64,000 nt of DNA, from the NCBI GenBank assembly GCA_951406725.2, contig OX597814.1:132184001-132248000 (forward strand), read 5' to 3'. The number at the start of each line of letters is the position of its first letter. Position 1 is the stretch's first letter. Under the pieces are notes generated by a model that was not told the origin of the DNA, did not search any database, and saw only the letters and a list, made by a program, of their open reading frames with translations. A program made the position numbers and the translations under genes. Source of the DNA: Octopus vulgaris (Eukaryota). This document shows positions 1 to 14,830 of the stretch, piece by piece.

Positions 1-477
1 ATCATGTACATTGTTTTGTTTTGGTTTAAAAGATGGGCTACAGCAAATATTCTGCCCAATACCACAGATTTGCATTGCACTGATACAGTACCAGACAGTG
101 GCTCCTGTGGCTTCTAATCTTAACTGATTGGAAGTGGGGCTACAGCAAATATTCTGCTCAATACCACAGATTTTCTTGTCAGTTGTTTGACCTTAACCAG
201 TTGAGCATATCCCTTGGTGGCTGACGATATGTGCTTCTCTGATCACGCGTAGACGTAGTGGGAGAGCATCATAGCCATGTGTTGAGAGGGATTCTGAGAG
301 GTTTGGCTAATTCACTTTTGGAAACATGGGTTGTTTATTCAACATCCTTAAACAATCCTTATTCAGGGACCTTTTGAGCGGGATGGGATATTCGACCAGA
401 AGAAAATTCTAGCTGGGCCCCACCTGCTTCGTATATTTTACCCCAGTGTCACTTTGATGCCATGCACTGCTCTCTCA

Positions 478-480
<3 letters not shown>
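1..480 (+). mobile_element. Non-coding interspersed repeat ending at an (AAT)n tract (AAT-associated retroelement tail or non-autonomous element)
   Basis: Reverse-complement copy at 33223-33746 and partial copies at 2761-2910 and 3058-3139. Each copy abuts (AAT)n/(TTA)n. Confidence 0.7.
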
Positions 481-563
<83 letters not shown>

Positions 564-619
564 TGATGATGATGATGATGATGATAATAATAATAATAAT
601 AATAATAGTAATAATGATG

Positions 620-701
<82 letters not shown>
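481..701. repeat. (AAT)n/(GAT)n microsatellite
   Basis: Directly visible. It explains the poly-N/I/Y ORFs. Confidence 0.98.
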
Positions 702-702
<1 letters not shown>

Positions 703-2539
703 CACCACTCCTCTTTTGTTTAGCCTTGATACCTCTCTCAAAATTGCTCAATGACGCGCAGTACGGATATAAAATGTTTGATAAAAATATAAATCATCTC
801 ATTTACATGGATGATTTAAAGCTCTTTGCAAAAAACGACCAACAACTCAAGGGCTTACTAGCGATTGTTAAACAATTCAGTGATGACATCAGAATGCAAT
901 TTGGCCTCGATAAATGTGCAAAAGCTACCTTTATCAAAGGAAAAATGACAGAAACATCTAACGTTAACCTTGACAAGCAGAATATCATAAAAGAATTAGA
1001 CCCAACGGAGAGCTACAAGTACCTAGGGGTGAGTGAAGGGGACGGAATAAGGCATTCAGTGATGAAGGAAAGGATCAGGAGAGAATGTTATCGCAGAGTA
1101 AGAGCAATACTCAAGACAGAGCTGAATGCGAGAAACAGGATCGAAGCGATCAATGCTTTAGCCATACCAGTCGTGACTTACAGTTTCAATATCGTTAACT
1201 GGTCAATTACTGAAATATGTAATCTTGACAGAAAAATACGAAAACTGTTGACAATGCATAGAATGCACCACCCTAAGGCAGTTATAGAACGACTTTATCT
1301 GTCAAGAAAAGAGGGAGGCCGTGGACTTTTACAACTGGCAATAACAATGAAGATTGCTACAATTGCTACTCTGAGGACTGGATGTTAAAACTTGTCTCAA
1401 AACATGAAAACAAGAAAGCATCATACTGAGTAACAAAACAGGCAAAGGAATATCTAAGCAAATTCCGAATACAACAAATTTTGGAATTAGATATACAAGA
1501 AACAAGCACAGAAAAAGCTAAGCGCATGAAAACCTGTGCTAAACCCGTGCTAAAACTGCGGCCTTAGTTATTCTGAATGATAAATGGCAAGAAAAACCTC
1601 TCTACCCAAAGACAGCGAATAATGCAGATGTTGACAAAGCCTTGACCCATCAATGCCTAATCGCCTCTGGCTTAAAATCTAAAATAGAAGGGTTTATCAT
1701 AGCAGCTCAAGATCAATGCCTACCAACAAGAAACTACCAGGCCAACATATTAAAGAACGGCAGTAGCCCAACATGTCGTGTATGTCAACAACAAAATGAA
1801 ACCATTGATCATGTTGTCTCCAAGTGCAGTCTTCTAACGCCTACAGAGTATCTCAACAGGCATTATAGAGCTGCACAATATATTCACTGGGTAATTTGCA
1901 AAAACCTGGATTTCCCCATGAAAAAAACTGGTAGGAACACAAACCACCTCCAGGGCTTGAAAATGACCACATCTCACTCCTCTGGAACTTCACCATTCAA
2001 ACTGACAGAAAGATAGATGCAAATAGGCCAGACATCATATTGAAAGACTTCAGACAAAGAACATGCCTCCTCATTGATATGTCTGTCCCAATCGACATAA
2101 ACGTATCTGTCAAGACCTACCAAAAACTGAGCAAATATAAAGATCATGAAATAGAAATCAGCAAAATGTGGAAGCTGAAGACTAAAACAATACCTGTTGT
2201 CATAGGTGCCCTGGGAATGATAGCAAAAGGAGCTGATTTCTACCTAACTCAGATACCAGGAAAACCCAAAAATCGCAGAAATTCAAAAGATAGTGCTCAT
2301 GGGAACTGCTCATATCCTACGCAAAATACTTTCTATGTAATCTCAAGGTTTAAAACAAACATAATTTTCGGTTTTTAAAATTTTTTTTCAGACATTCACT
2401 AGTACAACACCAAAAAAAAAAACCAATATATGGCAGACTAGGCATAACAATAACATGAACTTCCAACCTGTTGTCTCTTGAGGTCTCTGGGTGAGACTTG
2501 GAGCCAACTTGTACAAATATAAAGCAAAAGTCAAACATA

Positions 2540-2540
<1 letters not shown>
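702..2540 (+). mobile_element. 5'-truncated R4/Dong-type non-LTR retrotransposon (RT + CCHC + restriction-like endonuclease), degenerate
   Basis: ORF 726-1388 has RT motifs YMDDLKLF, FGLDKCA, YKYLG and EGGRGL. ORF 1642-2016 has CRVC..ETIDHVVSKC. RPDI..IDMSVP..KLSKYKD and IPVVIGALG mark the RLE domain. Frameshifts present; flanked by (AAT)n on both sides. Confidence 0.9.
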
Positions 2541-3210
<670 letters not shown>

Positions 3211-3329
3211 TATCAATATAGCAGTGGTGATAACTTCTCTCAATCCAAGACTAGTAAGTACTGATAATAGCTCCTGCTTTTATCGAATGAAAATGGACCA
3301 TACGAAGCTGACCTTCTCCAGGACCAATT

Positions 3330-3720
3330 CTGGCCCCAGTGCAAGCAGGAGCTACAACGTCTGAGTATCTGTCAACACCGTCTTAGAGGTGTCTGTCAAC
3401 GCAAGAATGTTGTCTACAAATGCCGGGTTGTAACACTACTCACTCACCAAGCGAGAATCTACGTTAACCACACTAAGTATCTTTCTCGAATTCAACCTCT
3501 AAATTATCTGTCTCTTTGCTTACATATATATACAACGTCAGGTTCTAAAACATTCTCTATACCCTATCCTGATCCACTGACTGTGTTGCCTCTTATGCGA
3601 CACTAGCTTCTACGTTTGTAAACTGATTTAAGGGAACCTTTCACCATCCTTCGCAACCACAACACCTTATTATTAAATAGACTCTCAGACATAATCCTCT
3701 CATGTAAACACAGATTCTAC
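3330..3720 (+). mobile_element. Penelope-like element, GIY-YIG endonuclease relic
   Basis: Manual translation gives LRGVCQRKNVVYKCRV (~3383-3430) and LLNRLSDIILSCKH (~3670-3711), matching the PLE C-termini at 22.4 kb and 46.7 kb. Confidence 0.65.
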
Positions 3721-4769
3721 TCATCGTTTACCCAGTGTGTTAAATCTATGTAATTCCCTCCACTAATATTAAGTATTCTAATAGATATTTCTTCTAAAGA
3801 TTACATTTACACGTTCCTCTTGCCTAGCATACCTAACTTTACAGCCACCCCATCCCCATGCTTTGAACTCTTTCCCTATCCTCTCCAAGCTTCTTCTTCA
3901 ACCAGAAGCACTTAGCACTACCTAGTCTTGACTTGGCTACCAAATAATCATCACTTCGTCTCTACCTCTGACTCCACCGCCCTCCTTTTACTCTCAACAC
4001 TCATCTCTCTCTCTCTCTCTGCCATCATCTTACTTTCATTCCTCCAACTACCGCTTCGCCAACCATCTAGCTTCTATAAGGACAATTTCCCTCCCTTTAA
4101 TACTCGCCCCTTCTTTCACTGTTCGAATTACCCTTAAATTTAGAGCCCCACCATCCTTAACTATTAGCGTCTGTTGTCACACCGAACAAAAACAACAGCC
4201 CATTAAAATACTACCAATCCCACCCCATCTACTTATTTCCTAACTCTCAACTTCTACTTTTCTCTATACTCAGATCATACATCCTTTCCATTTTCCTAAT
4301 TTGACTTTCTTATATCTTCTTCACCTTTCTTGCTTCAACACTCCCCACACCCCCATCGAACTACCTACTTCCTCCCTCCACCCAATACTGCATGCGTTCT
4401 TCTTCACCATCATACTTTTATATATAAACAGCTTCAACTCTGATTTCGGGTTACCAATGCTCAGGAAATCCTTGCAATCCATATTAATTTACAAGCAAGT
4501 ACTAAAACATCCCGCAATAATCCAATTTATGGATTTGTGAGTGTTTGTATGAGAAAGCTCACCGTTTTCTCATTCCCGTCACAATTTTGTTTTCGCATGC
4601 TATCGTCTACTTCTTTAGAAATTTCACGCAGCCGCGTATCTTCTTACGTACGCACAAGTACATAAGTATGTATGTATGTATGTATGTATGTATGTATGTA
4701 TGTATGTATGTATGTATGTATGTATGTATGTATGTATGTGTGTGTGTGTTTTATATGAACGTATGTGTA

Positions 4770-4911
4770 TTACTCTTTTACATGTTTCAGTCATTTGACT
4801 GCGGCCATGCTGGAGCACTGCCTTTAGTCGAGCAAATCGCTAAGTTACGGGGACGCAAACACACCACCATCTGTTGTCAAGCGATGCTGGGGGACAAACA
4901 CAGACACACAA

Positions 4912-4982
<71 letters not shown>

Positions 4983-5152
4983 CATATATACGACAGACTT
5001 CCTTCAGTTTCCGTCTACCAAATCCACTCACAAGGCTTTGGTCCGCCCAAGGCTATAGTAGAAGACACTTGCCCAAGGTGCCACGCAGTGGGAATGAACC
5101 TGGAACAATGTGGTTGGTAAGCAAGCTACTTACCACACAGCAACTCCTACGC
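4770..5152 (-). mobile_element. tRNA-derived SINE family A (internal CA/TA microsatellite, CR1/L2-type LINE tail)
   Basis: Minus-strand tRNA-like head (TGTGTGGTAAGTAGCTTGC...GGTTCATTCCC) and tail ...CCAGCATGGCCGCAGTCAAATGACTGAAAC. Many copies in the window. Confidence 0.85.
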
Positions 5153-5397
5153 CTGTATTGGTTTGAATATGTATATAAGTATATCTAAATATGCATATCT
5201 ATATCTATGTGCGCGCGCGTATATAAATAAATAAACAAATTTAATTAAATGTATGTGTACATGCATGTAAACATGAATACATACATATTTACATGCATAC
5301 ATATATAAATGCTTGTATTCATGTATAAAGAGCAAGAGAAGGGGGAGAGTAAGAGGATAAGTGTTGCATGAACGGGTGTGTGTTTGTATGTAAATAC

Positions 5398-5781
5398 TGT
5401 GGGGGCGCAATGGTTCAGAGGTTAGGGCAGGGGACTCGCGGTTGTAGCATCGCAGTTTCGATTCCCAGACTGGGCGTTGAGTGTTTACTGAGCGAAAACA
5501 CCTAAATCTCCACGAGGCTCCGGCAGGGGGTAGGGTGGCGAACCCTGCTGTACTTTTTTTCACCGCAAGTTTCTCTCACTCTTTCTTCCTGTTTCTGTTG
5601 TACCTGCATTTCAAAGGGCTAGCCTTGTCATATTCTGTGCCAGGCTGGCTCTCCCCGAGAAATACGTTAAGGGTACACGTGTCTGTGGAGCGCTCAGCCA
5701 CTTGCACGTTTATGTCAAGAGCAGCATGTTCCGTTCATCGGATCAACTGGAACCCTCGCCGTCGTAACCGACGAAATGCCA
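5398..5781 (+). mobile_element. tRNA-derived SINE family B
   Basis: Head GGCGCAATGGTTCAGAGGTTAGG...TTCGATTCCC with Pol III A/B-box-like motifs. The same head occurs at 56900-56982 on the minus strand. Confidence 0.8.
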
Positions 5782-6400
5782 TGATGTTAATACTGAAGTG
5801 TATATGTGAGAAGTGATCCGATATTGCTTATTGTATATTTAAATATTTTAATAAACTGATACTTATTGTATATTTAAATAAATAGAGCGTGACTGATACG
5901 AATACACACTAGGTATTATTGAGGTATTATATGTGTATGAGAGAGAAAGTGGAGAAATATTCAATAAAAATATGAGATAGACAGACAGATTTACTGCCTG
6001 CTATACACCTACATATATTCGTACATATATTGTGAGAAAAAGAGAAAGAGAGAGAGAGAGAGCGACAGGTATACAAAGAAAGAGAATGACGGAAAAACCG
6101 ATATTGAGAATGTGGTAGTTGTTTATGTGAGCTCTCTCCGAGTTTCATTTGTTCAAATACATGAGTACACTGTTCGATGTGTCGTTCCATTCATAAGTAA
6201 AGCGTATATAGTGTCATTTGAGTGAGATGTGACTGGTATTTCTTGCAAATGACATTCAATGTAATATGCTTCCTTGTCGGCTCCATAATAGTTTAGCAGT
6301 AATTGCAACAAGCTGGTGTATGAACTTCCTTTGTATAATCATATAAAGTAGTTTGACATGCTGTATCATACATATATGTATATAAATACATACTGACATG

Positions 6401-6442
<42 letters not shown>

Positions 6443-6510
6443 CATAGGGAGAGACAGAGGAAGAAAGAGAGTGTGGTGTATGTATGAGTATTTATATGTT
6501 TATTTATAAC

Positions 6511-6542
<32 letters not shown>

Positions 6543-6579
6543 ACTTTGATAACTTTTGGCCAGTAGAGGCCCAGGCCAT

Positions 6580-7490
6580 GTCTAATTTAATAGCACCACA
6601 TGGTGAAGTCTTTTAGCTATATATGGGGAACCATGGCCCACTCTAGGAAAGAGTTATTATTGTTGGAGACATGTCCAGGTGAAGGAGGTTGTGCTGGATA
6701 TTTTGAAGAAATTTGTTCAGAGAACTTTTGAATTTTATGGGATCTGTTTTGGTATGATATTAAAGAGAGCCGGTTGAGGTAAAGTAGGATGTCTCCTGAG
6801 TTCGAATTTTGTACTGGGCGGATAGCATGGGGGCCAAGTTTTGGGTGGATTTTAAAATTGATGCCAATATCATTTATGCAATATTGATGTAATATTTTCC
6901 ACATCACATAAATGATATACAACTCCCGGCGGCGTTGGAGAGAGTAGAGATCGAGTTTTCTTTAGTTGATCCCAATAGTCAATGCTTGTCATGCCGTCTA
7001 TCTTTCTTGTTATTGACCTCTGGAGTGCTTCCACTTTCATAATGATTTGCTTCATGTGGGTAGACCACAGTGGGTAAGAGTATGCAAGGTGGGGTCGGGC
7101 AAAAGTAGATTAGAAAATGATGATGGTGTGGGCATCTCTAGACCGGAAAGTTTTCAGAATCTAGGTTCACATCAACCTTGCTGTTTACATGGGTACTCCA
7201 GCTTAGATTGTTATCAACAATTATTCCAAGGTCTCTGGTGTTGTTGGATGATACTAGGGAGTCGCCCGCTGAAAGGGCATATGGTAGTAGTTTCAGAGTA
7301 TCCTCTTTTCCATTGTGGATCAACTTAAACTTATCTCCATTTAGAAGGACATTGTTCCTTTCCGCCCATTGGACAACAAAAAACAGACTCAAAATATGTT
7401 CGGTCTCACATACATTTTATGGCCTTCTGGAGTTTGGAATCATCTGCAAAGATTTTCAATGTAGAATGTTTGATGACATCTACTAAGTTA
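6580..7490 (-). mobile_element. CR1/L2-type LINE ORF2 3' fragment, degenerate
   Basis: QWAERNNVLLNGDKFKLIH, RDLGIIVDNNLSWSTHV and EALQRSITRKIDGM..YWDQLK are typical post-RT motifs. Confidence 0.85.
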
Positions 7491-7549
7491 TAGAGCAGTA
7501 TATAATATAAATAAAGTTAGATAAGGCCAGTTTATAGGATTACGCTTGG

Positions 7550-10200
7550 CTTCACATCCATAAGGCGTTTAACTTTAAAGCGTATTCTTAGATCCCCGAA
7601 TCTCTGGTCTTAAGGACTCTCTAGCGAGTGGCCTCTCAAGAAGATGGAGGAAGAAAGGACCTCGCTACTCAATGTCAACAACAGGAGATTGTCTCCCTTT
7701 CGCTATCGATCGCAAGTGACCTTGTTATCTTTTGAGTTCAAATAGGCCATCAGGGATATCTTGAATTGCAAGCGCAGTCCAAAGACCTCGTTTATGTAGG
7801 GGCCTAAATTCACTAGGATTCTCTATGCTATTTTGTATGGAATTCCATCGTCATTCACCTGCCATACCTGGCTGGTTAGTGATGTAACATATCTCCTTAC
7901 CGGTATACTGAAGGAAGATCTGTTGCTGGAGAGGCGTTGTTTGAATGTGTTACCAGAGCAACCGATGTATCTCCGTGGTCGGGTGTTGGCGGTGCTGTAT
8001 CTGTCGGTGTTGGCATTACTGCTACCGCTGTTGTTGGTACTGGCACTGTTCGTGTTGGCGTCATTGGAGGTGCAATGGTATTGGTGCCGTCACTACTGGT
8101 GTGGGTAATGGTTTTGTTGTTGTTATGGTCATCGGCGTTGACGGAGGCGCTGTCACTGCTGTTATAAATACCATTGGTAATGGCTCTGTTGCTATTTCCA
8201 TTCGGGATACTGCCATTGCTGTCGTTGTTATTGTTGTTATCGCTGGGGATGGTGCTACTGCTGGTTCTGTTCATGTTTCTGCTGCTGCTACCTTTGGAAC
8301 ATTCGAGCCTGCTACAGTAGTAGTCGCTGGGGAAGCTGCTGATGTTGGTACTGCCGTTAGGGATACTGCCATTCGTCATTGATGTTGTTATATTTGTTAT
8401 CGCTGGCGATGGTGTTGCTGCTGGTTCTGTCCGTGTCTCTATTGCTGCTACTATTAATATTGTCATTCCTGCTATTGTAATGGCTGTTGGGGGGGGGGGG
8501 GGGCTGCTGATGTTGCTGCTGCTATTAGGGTCGACCAGCCTCCCAGCTTCATAGACGATTTCCTTGGTTTTGCAGTTGCCTCTCACTGGGCAGCTGTTGT
8601 GGTTCCTGCATGAGCTAGGGGGCACAGTTAAAAGAAACCCTAAGTTTGTGCCTGTTGAAATGCGTGCGTACCTAAGTGAACGTGTGAATATTCTACCCAC
8701 AGACGTTTTTACGTTAAGAAAGAAGGGAGGCGGAAAACCAAATGATATTTCTGCGACGCATCCTTCAGCGGATTTTGGGGCCTGGCATGTAAGTCTTGCG
8801 GTCCCTAAATCCGCTGGCAGCTGGAGCTTCGTTATAGTGGGGGAGGCGTTGCTACATCAAAAATCACCTGGCTGGAGGAAAGGCTCTTAATCCTCTTGAT
8901 AACACCTTTTACCAGATTTTTTAACACAATGGGTTGTTGACAGAAGGTTGTGTTGATGTACGTTAGCCTCTTATTTGGCTTGCGGTAGGGCCTGTATTTA
9001 CCGAAGCCCAAGTCGAGCATGATGTCTAAGAAGTCCGCGGTGGTGAGACTGTTTTCGATGGTAATTTTCAGTACCATGGAGCTAAGTGTGCTAATTAGAT
9101 ATTTCCTAAGCTTGTTTAGAATGTGCCGGTTTGCTCCTCTAGAGATGGCCAGGGAGTCATCTCTGTAGAGACTAAAGAGGAAAGAGGGAAACTTTTTCTT
9201 TTGCATATCAAGGATATACAACCCCGTGAGACAACATACATCAGCGCTGTCGTAGGCCCCCATCACTACGTCAAAGAAGCCCGCGGGGTCGGATTCCTTG
9301 ACCCAGGCTGAACCTTTATTGAACAGCACAGTTTTTTTTGGCGTGCATAATGACATCTACATCCCTGTCGCTAACGCCCGTGTAGCCCCCAGCAAAGGCG
9401 AGCGCCTTGATCGACGGGTAAAAATCAACTACGTCAAACTGCGTGAACTTCGCTCAGCCTTTCCTCTTGTTGGCATTAAAGCATGCAATCACCTCGTTGG
9501 TGGTTCTCATGTCGTTATTGATGCTTCTCAATAGAAGCTTGCTCGCTAGACCGATCTCAGATTTAGTTGAATTAATTAGGCGGCATTTAGGGTTTGAGGC
9601 AAAGTTTAGTTTATGAACTTTGATGGTAATAAAGGCGTTCTTTTTAGCTAAGAACTCTACTCTATTAGCTAAATCTAAGTTGATGGCTAATTGTTTGGCC
9701 TCGCTGCTGGTGTTGTTGTATGTCTGTGGGGAAGCGCGCCTGTAATTGTGTAATACTGTTTTCTAGCAGCCTATCGTAACTAAGGGTGTCTCTCCTATAT
9801 AGGCTTTTAGTCTTATCTGAAAAGATTAGGGACCTATCCGAGTTACTTTTAGCAATCTGTCAGCACGGAGCTTACATTGGAAGAAGTAGGAAGACTTACG
9901 GAATTGTATCTTAGGTATGATGCCCAGTAGGTCCGCTCGAGGTCCTTGATCTTGGGTGGGTATTTCCTAGATTTGATCCCATAGGTGTTGCTCTCTGGGA
10001 ATGGCGTGGCTAGGTCGTGGTAGAAGGCTTTCCGTCTCATTCGCCTTATTACGTCCATCATTTTTTTCTAGCAGCATTCGAGTGTACACCTCATTAGATA
10101 GTGTAGGTATAACACCCTCAGCAATATTCAATGACAGTTATAGTTCTCCTTGTTGGTACACATTTGCTTACTGTTGCCTAGCGATTCGCTAAATCATCCA
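7550..10200 (-). mobile_element. Penelope-like element (RT + C-terminal GIY-YIG; Hydra-clade-like), degenerate
   Basis: N-terminal IRRMRRKAFY..YGIKS; RT motifs MGAYDSADVC, LYRDDSL, DFLDIMLDL and YRPYRKPN; CPVRGNCKTKEIVYEA; C-terminal TSLTSQVWQVNDDGIPYKI. Confidence 0.88.
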
Positions 10201-10238
10201 TAGATTTATATGGTGTAGAGATATCTACTGAGAGTGAC

Positions 10239-10287
10239 CCCACTGAAGAGGCTACAGCATAAGCCGAAACTGACCGATCAGTCTGCG
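10239..10287 (+). ncRNA. Type I hammerhead ribozyme motif
   Basis: CUGAAGA at 10243-49; stem II GGCU/AGCC; GAAA at 10266-69; stem III ACUGA-ccga-UCAGU; GUC cleavage triplet ending 10283; weak stem I CCCA/UGCG. Confidence 0.75.
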
Positions 10288-10459
10288 AATATCTCGACAG
10301 ATGCTTTTCGGGTGATTACGGTCTCTGTCAGTATGCATGTATACAATAATGTGCTTTGACTGCCGCATTAGAGCGTCTAGCTATTATTTCTAGCAATGTA
10401 GGTGTTTATAACACCCCCAGTCATATTTAATGACGGTTATGTATATATATATGTATATA

Positions 10460-10504
<45 letters not shown>

Positions 10505-10518
<14 letters not shown>

Positions 10519-10557
10519 ACCTACATAGACCCGTCGTTGCCGGGTCATAGTGCTAGT
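10505..10557 (+). mobile_element. Helitron-like 3' terminus (hairpin + CTAG|T)
   Basis: GACCC-gtcgttgcc-GGGTC hairpin followed by atagtgCTAGT. Confidence 0.55.
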
Positions 10558-11039
10558 GCATGTATATATGTGTATATATATGTGTACATATTACATGTAC
10601 ATCTATATATACACATCTACACATAAAATGCAAAATACAAAGTTATATCTTGATATCGCTAGTGATAACAATACTCAAAATATATAACAGACTGGAATTG
10701 TTAGCTCTTCTTTTTTCTCTACATTGTATACTTTATAGACAATAGTCTTTTCTTTAATTTAATTTTTTATTATCCATCTGGACTATTCCATTTCTGCACG
10801 CTAATTATATTTTTAATTTATTCCCATTCATGTGAAACCACTTATTCAAGTTCAAATTATTGGTGCAATTTTATACCAATTGCTATTTTTACTTTTGTAT
10901 GTTACGATTATATTATACTTTAGTTTGATTTTAATTATTACTTACTACATATAATTCAATTGTTATTATTATTTTTATTGTTAAAGTGAAAGCATCTGAC
11001 ATAAAATAGAGAAATATTTTTGTTTCACTTTTAACACGT

Positions 11040-11240
11040 AATACTGAAATAGTGGAGAAGATATGATATTGCCATGAGCTCGCTCTAGGCAAAAAGTTGA
11101 ACATCTTTTTTGCGCACAAAACTACATGGACCCTAAGTAAGGCATGTGTAAAATTTGAATGAAATTGGTTGTGTAGTTCTCAACTTTTAGGAAAACAGAC
11201 AGACAGACAGACAGACACACATTCTCAGTTTTATATATAC
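11040..11240 (-). mobile_element. Probable non-autonomous Helitron 5' portion
   Basis: Ends with (GACA)n...TTTTATATATA, as at 42930-42965 and 57930-57960. Confidence 0.4.
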
Positions 11241-11374
11241 TCTTTTACTCTTTTACTTGTTTCAGTCATTTGACTGCGGCCATGCTGGAGCACCGCCTTG
11301 AATCGAGCAACTCGACCCCGGGACTTATTCTTTCATAAGCCCAGTACTTATTCTATCGGTCTCTTTTGCCGAAC

Positions 11375-11376
<2 letters not shown>
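11241..11376 (-). mobile_element. SINE family A, 3' part
   Basis: TTACTTGTTTCAGTCATTTGACTGCGGCCATGCTGGAGCACCGCC tail. Confidence 0.85.
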
Positions 11377-11463
<87 letters not shown>

Positions 11464-11718
11464 TAGAAGAAATGAGGTACTCAGAAATTCGGATGGTTTT
11501 ATATTTACAGATATTTATTTGTATATTACATGATTTTATACATCATATAACTTAGATCATGTATTAGCGCTTTCTTCCATTCTAGTGGGGTTTTCAAATC
11601 GAACTAAGTTCCTGTGTGAAAAGTTTTGACGATTTCATAGTGTTATTGAGTATGTAGTGGCAGGGAGGGACATAAGAAGGTAGACCATAAATTATATTTC
11701 CTTTTTATCATTGTGAGT

Positions 11719-11769
<51 letters not shown>

Positions 11770-12244
11770 TGCGTGTGTGCGTGTGTGTGTGTGTCTGTGA
11801 GTTTTGGAGAAGGGAAGAAAGGAGAAGAAAAAAAGAAACAAAAAGAAACAAAAAGGAAGAAGAAATAATTGTGTTGATATTTATACCACTATATATATAT
11901 ATATATACTAAATGCTACACTCTTAAATTGTAAATTGAAAGATTTGTCCTTCAATGTATGATGAGCAAAATTTCATAAGGTCCACGCTTGAAAAAGAGAC
12001 TTTCTTGTGTTGAAGTTACAGATGACAGAATACAAACTGACAACTACTGAGTCTGTTGTCTGATCTTCAATTGATTTTGTCTAATATCTCACTGATTGAC
12101 AGTTAAATAAATATTAAGTTTTATCATACAGGAGCAATTGGTTCCACAAATTAAAATGAAATGGTTTCATTCAAATATTAGAATATCCTTTGTTCAATGA
12201 TCCCTGCTGTACTCTTTCACCATTCTTTTTCCCACTCTTTCTTC

Positions 12245-12366
12245 TGTTGGCCTGCTCGCTTAGCCAGCGGGGTGGCCTCATTTGAAGGCTAAAACAATGC
12301 GAATGCATTATGACCAGCGATGTGTAACTACATTTGATGGACAGGTCGGTCACGTGATCACGTGAT
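12245..12366 (-). repeat. TA-anchored interspersed repeat, unclassified
   Basis: Reverse-complement copy at 30370-30490. Confidence 0.7.
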
Positions 12367-12419
12367 ATATATATATATATATGTATGTATATATATATGT
12401 GTAATTTTGTGTCGAATGT

Positions 12420-12567
12420 ATCGACCCAAGTATTTATATTTTTATAAGCCTGTTGCTCATTCGATAGGTCTCTTTTGCTGACCCGCTAATTTACAGGGAC
12501 ATAAACACACCAGTACCAATTGTCAAACGCTGCTGGGGAGAGAAAAATAGACAGACAGACACACACG

Positions 12568-12655
<88 letters not shown>

Positions 12656-12790
12656 TATAACGGGCTTCTTTCAGTTTCCGGCTCCCACAATTCACTCACA
12701 ATGATTTGGTCAGCCCGAGTCTATACTGGAAGGCATTCGTCTGAGGTGCCACGCAGTGGGACTGAATCCGGAACCATGTGTTTGAGAAGT
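12420..12790 (-). mobile_element. SINE family A, diverged
   Basis: Same body and head as 4770-5152, with internal CA/TA repeat. Confidence 0.8.
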
Positions 12791-13239
12791 ACATTTTTTT
12801 AATGCTTTTTATTTGTTTCAGTCATCGGACTTTTGTCATGATATACAGTTTTGCCATGATATACAGTTTTGCCATGATATACAGTGTTCACAGTACATTG
12901 AGCAACAGTCGTGACGTTTCTCTTAGAAGAATTGCTTTTGTCAAACTTTGAAACCATTACATAGCCAATAAACTTAGGAAGTGGTGCTTATATGCATGAT
13001 TACATATTTTATGATTTAGCTTGATATTTTCACCAACTAACAAAAGATTGAAGCTAAACAAAGTTTCATATTGTGTATTTGAGAGGATTGATAACGTTCA
13101 TTAGTTAGTTATCATTAGTCGGTTTCATGCAACTTTTTGCAATAAGCAAATCAGTTATATGAATGCTACCCAAATTTGAGACCATTATTATGAGTCCTAT
13201 TGAGATGGTGTGCTGACAGAATCGTTAGCGCGTTGGACA

Positions 13240-13890
13240 GAAAAGGTCATGGCCTCAGATTTTAGGAATGCAAAAGGCATTATATACATTCACTTTCGAC
13301 CTCACCGATTACACGTAAGTTCACCAAAATCAAGCCATCGCAGGAGAGTTCACCGCCATCGAGGAGAAAGCCTATGTTGCTTTTGTTACGCGAATTCAAA
13401 AGTTACAATGAAACTAATTGAACCCGTGACTACTTGCGTACTCGATTAAACCCATTTAATTTTTGAATAAATACATAGTAAGGTTTTTAAAATTTTTTAT
13501 GTGAAGTTTGGTATCTGTTGATAAAACACGTGAGTTCGAAAATGCGGTTTATATTCTTTCACTGTGAACGTATCTCTCCGTAATCTTTCCTTGTAGTAAA
13601 TTTTCCTCGCAGTGAACATTCCTTATGACGAAATTTCCATGCATTGTATTGATGATGGTGAAGTTACCGGACATGGGCCTTATCACCATCAATGGAGAGT
13701 TCTATGCCAACTTGTTGAAGCAGTTACGAAAGGCTGTCAAGACCAAATATCTAGGAAAACTGAAGGACAGTGCTTCAGCACACTAGTGTTTGACCTCAAA
13801 GCCTGCAGTTCATGATTGTGGCTTTCAGCTGGTTGATCATCCTGCCTATTGTCCTAATTTGGCCATGTCTGACAACCATCTTTTCAAAGT
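13240..13890 (+). mobile_element. Mariner transposase relics
   Basis: KVMASDFRNAKGII resembles KVMASVFWDAKGII. HPAYCPNLAMSDNHLF (~13838-13885) resembles HPPYSPDLAPSDYHLF. Confidence 0.7.
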
Positions 13891-13989
13891 ATGCCTACTG
13901 ATATCAGTAAAACGATGAGGCAATAAAATACACAAATGCACACGCTCTCACGTGTGCATTCACCCGTTATACATACATATACACATACA

Positions 13990-14039
<50 letters not shown>

Positions 14040-14049
14040 TTTTTAAAAT

Positions 14050-14830
<781 letters not shown>

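Noticed and set aside
449-754. Poly-Y/N/I ORFs, and the many YI/CV/HT-repeat ORFs elsewhere (e.g. 41078-42097)
   Set aside because: These are translations of microsatellites.
5398-5476. Functional tRNA gene (also 34342-34406 and 56900-56982)
   Set aside because: These are degenerate cloverleafs continuous with SINE bodies or microsatellite tails.
12831-12884. Three 18-bp tandem repeats TTTTGCCATGATATACAG
   Set aside because: A simple local slippage minisatellite with no further structure.
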